Positions 59,950-64,000 of a stretch of DNA of 64,000 nt are shown here, piece after piece; position 1 is the first letter of the stretch, and each line of letters opens with the position of its first letter. The notes beneath the pieces are model-generated. The model was not told the origin of the DNA and ran no database searches. It worked only from the letters and a program-made list of their open reading frames with translations. The translations under genes were made by a program, and so were the position numbers. Origin of the DNA: Okamejei kenojei (Eukaryota); NCBI GenBank assembly GCA_035221665.1, contig CM069138.1:22568001-22632000 (forward strand), read 5' to 3'.

Positions 59950-62900
59950 ATACGATAAAAACTTTATGTTTTATTTAAATATCAATGGTTAATCCATTTA
60001 TAAAAATAAAAAAAATCCATTTTGGGTCTCAAATATATGAGATATAAGAAATTAACGCCGAGAGCGATTGACAAGAGTTTCAAAATGGTGCAAATATGTA
60101 ATACTTTCAATATAAAAATAAATTGCCATTAGTTGTGGAGCTTTAATAGGAAGAAATATATATAATTTACCGAATCTGCATCATAGGGTTGCAGATTAAT
60201 ACAAATCAGAATATATTAACTCCTGATTATTATAGAATACCTGCCTTAATGATAAATTAAAGATATTAATTACAAAAGAACAGACCACTGATCTTTAAAA
60301 CTTTGGGAAGAAACTATGATCAATAAAAATTTTGATTATGGATCAAAACAAAGACAAAGATCTTTTTATCGTACGGTGAAAAAAACTATGATACCAATGA
60401 AAAATTTGATGATGGATCAAAATAAAGGCAGAAGTGGTATTATCCAAACATAGCCTTATCTTAACCTATATAATTGGGGAAAAGAAGGCTTGATGTACGT
60501 TGAAGGAGTGCAAACATCTGGTTACAAAATAAGTCATGAAATCTCCAATTATGGGGGATTACAGGTGTATTATGAATGGTTAAAACTTAATATAACTAAG
60601 GAGGATTATGGGTTCAACACTGTATAAGGAAAAACTGATTTCAGGTTTGCACTCAAAAGTAAATTTTAAAAAGAAAGGGGAACGTTACATGTATATTATA
60701 AAATTACTTAGTGTAAAGATTTATGTATAAACCTCCATACAATAATTATCATTATTTACACTTTCACAGTGTAAGAAAATAGAAACATCTAGAACATGGA
60801 AAACTGTTGTGATTAACAAAAGTGTTAATCAATATTACAGGTGCTTGAAATTTAATTAAAGTGGGGTCAGCTGTGCAAGTTAAAACTTTGTCCAAACAAT
60901 CAATCAGTTCCAAGTTGTTAAACTGAACACTGAAGAACAATATACTGATAAAAGATCAGCACTTGCACTATGAGGTACATGGTATGGGTTTATCTCGATT
61001 ACATTTAAATTAGAAGAGATAAAGGAGCAGCTGCAAATTAGTGCCTGCCATTACAAACCTGGTGTGTGAGAAAGTAGGACTTGACCCATTACATAAAGCA
61101 TATGCTCAGGCATTAATAAAATATTTTTAAATTACTATTCTGAATTCAGAAAGTAATTTAAGGCACCATAAGAGTGGGGAAAAATTGTTCCATGATACAA
61201 ACATGGTATTATTGTTGTTGACATAACATATAAACAAATACATACTTTGTTCTCCATTAGGTTAGGGGAAAATATAAATAAAGTTCCAAAAGAAGGAATA
61301 CAGAAGCTTATAGAATATATATGCCCTTGTGAAGAGACTTATGCAAAATATCAAATGAATACGTTATCATTATTAGTAATGTAAAAAAGGGTTCATAAGC
61401 TGTTCAACTATAAAATTTAGCGCGCGACAACTGAAGCAAGTGTTACAGATGATGTAGTACAGCTTCTGTGAATGTTTGGGTAAAGATAAGAATATTATCT
61501 ATTCTTAAACAATAATGATATGTTTTTTGTTAAGCAGACTGCAGGACAATTATACCAGGCAAACATAAATGGTTTGTCCTAAGAATTTTCCAAACATTTT
61601 TTTCGTTATTAATTGTTGAAGTATAAGAGTTATGGATAAAAAAGATCGGATTGTTTTATTATGGAACTGTCCATGTCGTATCAAGATGAACAATACCACG
61701 GCTGTGGCATGATGTTAACTATTGGTCAATATTTGGAGGAAAATATATTGGTCATTATTTTGTTGGCATACTTACGATTAATCTGGTTGTATACAGATTA
61801 AATCACTGATTTTAAATATTTCTTGTGGGTCACAAGAGAAGTCAAACAACAATTATGGGATTATCTAAGTAAACAGATGTGGTATGTTTTTAAAGTTTAG
61901 TCAACCTGTTTATCTCTCTAAGGAAGAGACAATGGTATCGGAAGAACAAATTTGGGAAAAAACATATTGTCATTAATATGGTTACTTACATTAAATCTGC
62001 ATACAGATTAATCACTGATCTTTCGAAATATTCTTGTGGGTAATCTATGAACAGTGAAGTGGGATGCTTTTCTCCAAATTACATGACCGGAAAAGATTCT
62101 TTGTGTTCCTCATTTTGTTTAATAGGGCAGTGTCTGAATGAATATGTAGCAGACACTGCCAAGGCATTTTTGGTGGCCCAATATGGGTCCGGAGGAGTGT
62201 TCATTTATATTGTGTGATTTTGAACTGCTTAGTGATGATCATAATGGCATAAATTTATTGTAAGTCAAAAAAGGGGTCTCGACCTTAGGTCGTTGCCTGT
62301 CTCCCTTTGTTTCTTTGGATGCTGCTGCACCCACTGGGATCTCCAGGTTGAGAAATCCTGCAGTAATTTATTGTTGTACAAAAACCTCCATAAGTGAAAT
62401 AAAATATGGAATTTTGACTATCTACAGGTTAGTCTAGACCATCTCAACAGCTGAGGTCAAAGAATCTATGAATGTAAACAATATTACGATATATCAATAA
62501 ATAATTATGTATAAAGAAGTGTTATACCTGCAATGTTTTATTTATTTTTTTTGACGAAATAAGTCTAAATAACTATATTTTGTTATAAGAAATTGGAGGT
62601 CTGTATATACAATAAAGTTATTTTTTTCATTTAGATATAATGGTGAATTTCCTTGTGGATTGCATTTTCTAAGTATCTAATTGATAGAGCCAATTATAGG
62701 GCTCAGTGTTACCGTCTTATAAACGGGACAATATATTAACAAGAAGATATACAGATGCATTCATAATATCCCAATATGGAAAGGGATATATATGTAAATG
62801 TTAATAAAATATATATATGTGTTGTGTTTATATATAATTATATATATATATAGATATAGATATAAAGATATAGATATAGATATGGGTATATGTTAAATAT

Positions 62901-64000
62901 AATCTGTCCAAAATTGTAAAACTATAAAGGCTGGAGATAAAAAATCTTGAATGCCTTAAGAAATGGACTTTAACTCTATCTATGATTCAAAAAACTTAAA
63001 ACATTGAAAATAATAATTCTGATAACTTTAGTATCAATATAAGAGTGGCAAACATTGCAAAATGTTACGTTATAATGGCATGTGGACTACAAATTGCATT
63101 ATCATATATGTTTATGAATCTACCAAACAAAGCACGCCAAGAAGACCTGAAAACAAAACCATGGTAAACCTATAAGCACATCCTGCTGGCTTTAAGTTGT
63201 GTGTGTGTGTGTGTGATGTGTGTGAACATTGATGAAAGTGTTGCAGTAGGGTAAGAGTCTGTGGCAATGAGACTGCTTATTACACACAAAAACCACATTG
63301 GGTTCAGTAAAACTGATGGTTATAGAGGAATGTATTTCTAGATGGTTAATAATTGGATACATGCATGTAGGAACACAGACACTGAAAAGGTGGAAAAATC
63401 ACTATGTTTAATGAGAAAATACATTCACAGGATGGGCACAGGATGAGCCACTCGAGCAAAGATGCAAGGCCGCAGGAGCTGTAGATTACTGTTAAAATAA
63501 AATGAACCAGTCATGGTGTCAGATTTAGACACGCAATGTTCGGTTCGCTATATAATTGTTGCTTTGTCATGCAGGACAAAAATATATATCAATTGGTAAT
63601 TGTGATAAATTTGCTTTTCAATAGAAAAAGGGCATTAATTTTCATTTTTTATAATGTGAAAATTATTTATCAACATAACTTGAGGCAATGTTTGGGGAAA
63701 AATGTGTTATTCGCTCGTTATTGTGGTTAATGAGCCGTAAAAACTGTCGAATGGAATAAATTCTACGACACGAAAAAACACAGAAAGCTTTAATACTCTT
63801 CACGTAGTCACTCACGTGACTCCGAAAGTAAAATAGTAAGATTAAACGAGAACTTACCAGTTCGAAGTTTGATCGTTAATTTTATGAGGAGTTTACGATG
63901 AGGATTACGTGCCCTCCTCCCCACCCTCATAAAATAAATATGATCATCTGGTAGTTCTAAGTCTATTATGAGCCTTACTATGTTACTTTCGGCTATTTTG
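59950..64000 (+). mobile_element. Third DIRS element, AT-rich and badly corrupted; ICR at about 63800-63860, runs off the window
   Basis: Recognisable remnants NTTAVA (about 61690-61710), DAF (about 62065), FCLIGQCL (about 62113-62136). 63799-63960 closely matches the ICR and 3' region of copy 2 (12035-12200). Confidence 0.65.
62811..62885. repeat. (TA)n/(TAGATA)n microsatellite
   Basis: Directly visible; a (TG)n run also lies at about 63198-63224. Confidence 0.85.

Overview
Repeat-rich vertebrate genomic DNA. The repeat spectrum (CR1 LINEs with microsatellite tails, Penelope-like elements, tRNA-derived SINEs, DIRS, Tc1, L1, HERO-like, Helitron) suggests a cartilaginous fish, probably a skate or ray; this is an inference. 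Most of the window is transposon-derived, and there is a 500-N gap at 55375-55874 flanked by indel-rich sequence. The one host gene I can support is mostly missed by the ORF track. It is a + strand, 5'-incomplete, multi-exon immunoglobulin-superfamily receptor. It has two 345-nt germline-joined V-J type exons (16781-17125, 32751-33095), a transmembrane exon (34483-34617) and three short cytoplasmic exons (34785-34858, 37798-37839, 37930-37986). All junctions are GT-AG and phase-compatible, giving one open frame of about 331 aa: V-V-TM (no charged residue)-YENI-ITAM (YMDL-x7-YGHL)-stop. The ITAM is split by a phase-0 intron after Tyr+1, as in CD3/CD79/FcR-gamma/DAP12. It therefore looks like a non-rearranging, antigen-receptor-like molecule carrying its own ITAM. 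No leader exon, C domain or complete RSS was found in the window. Repeat boundaries are approximate; exon boundaries were counted by hand.
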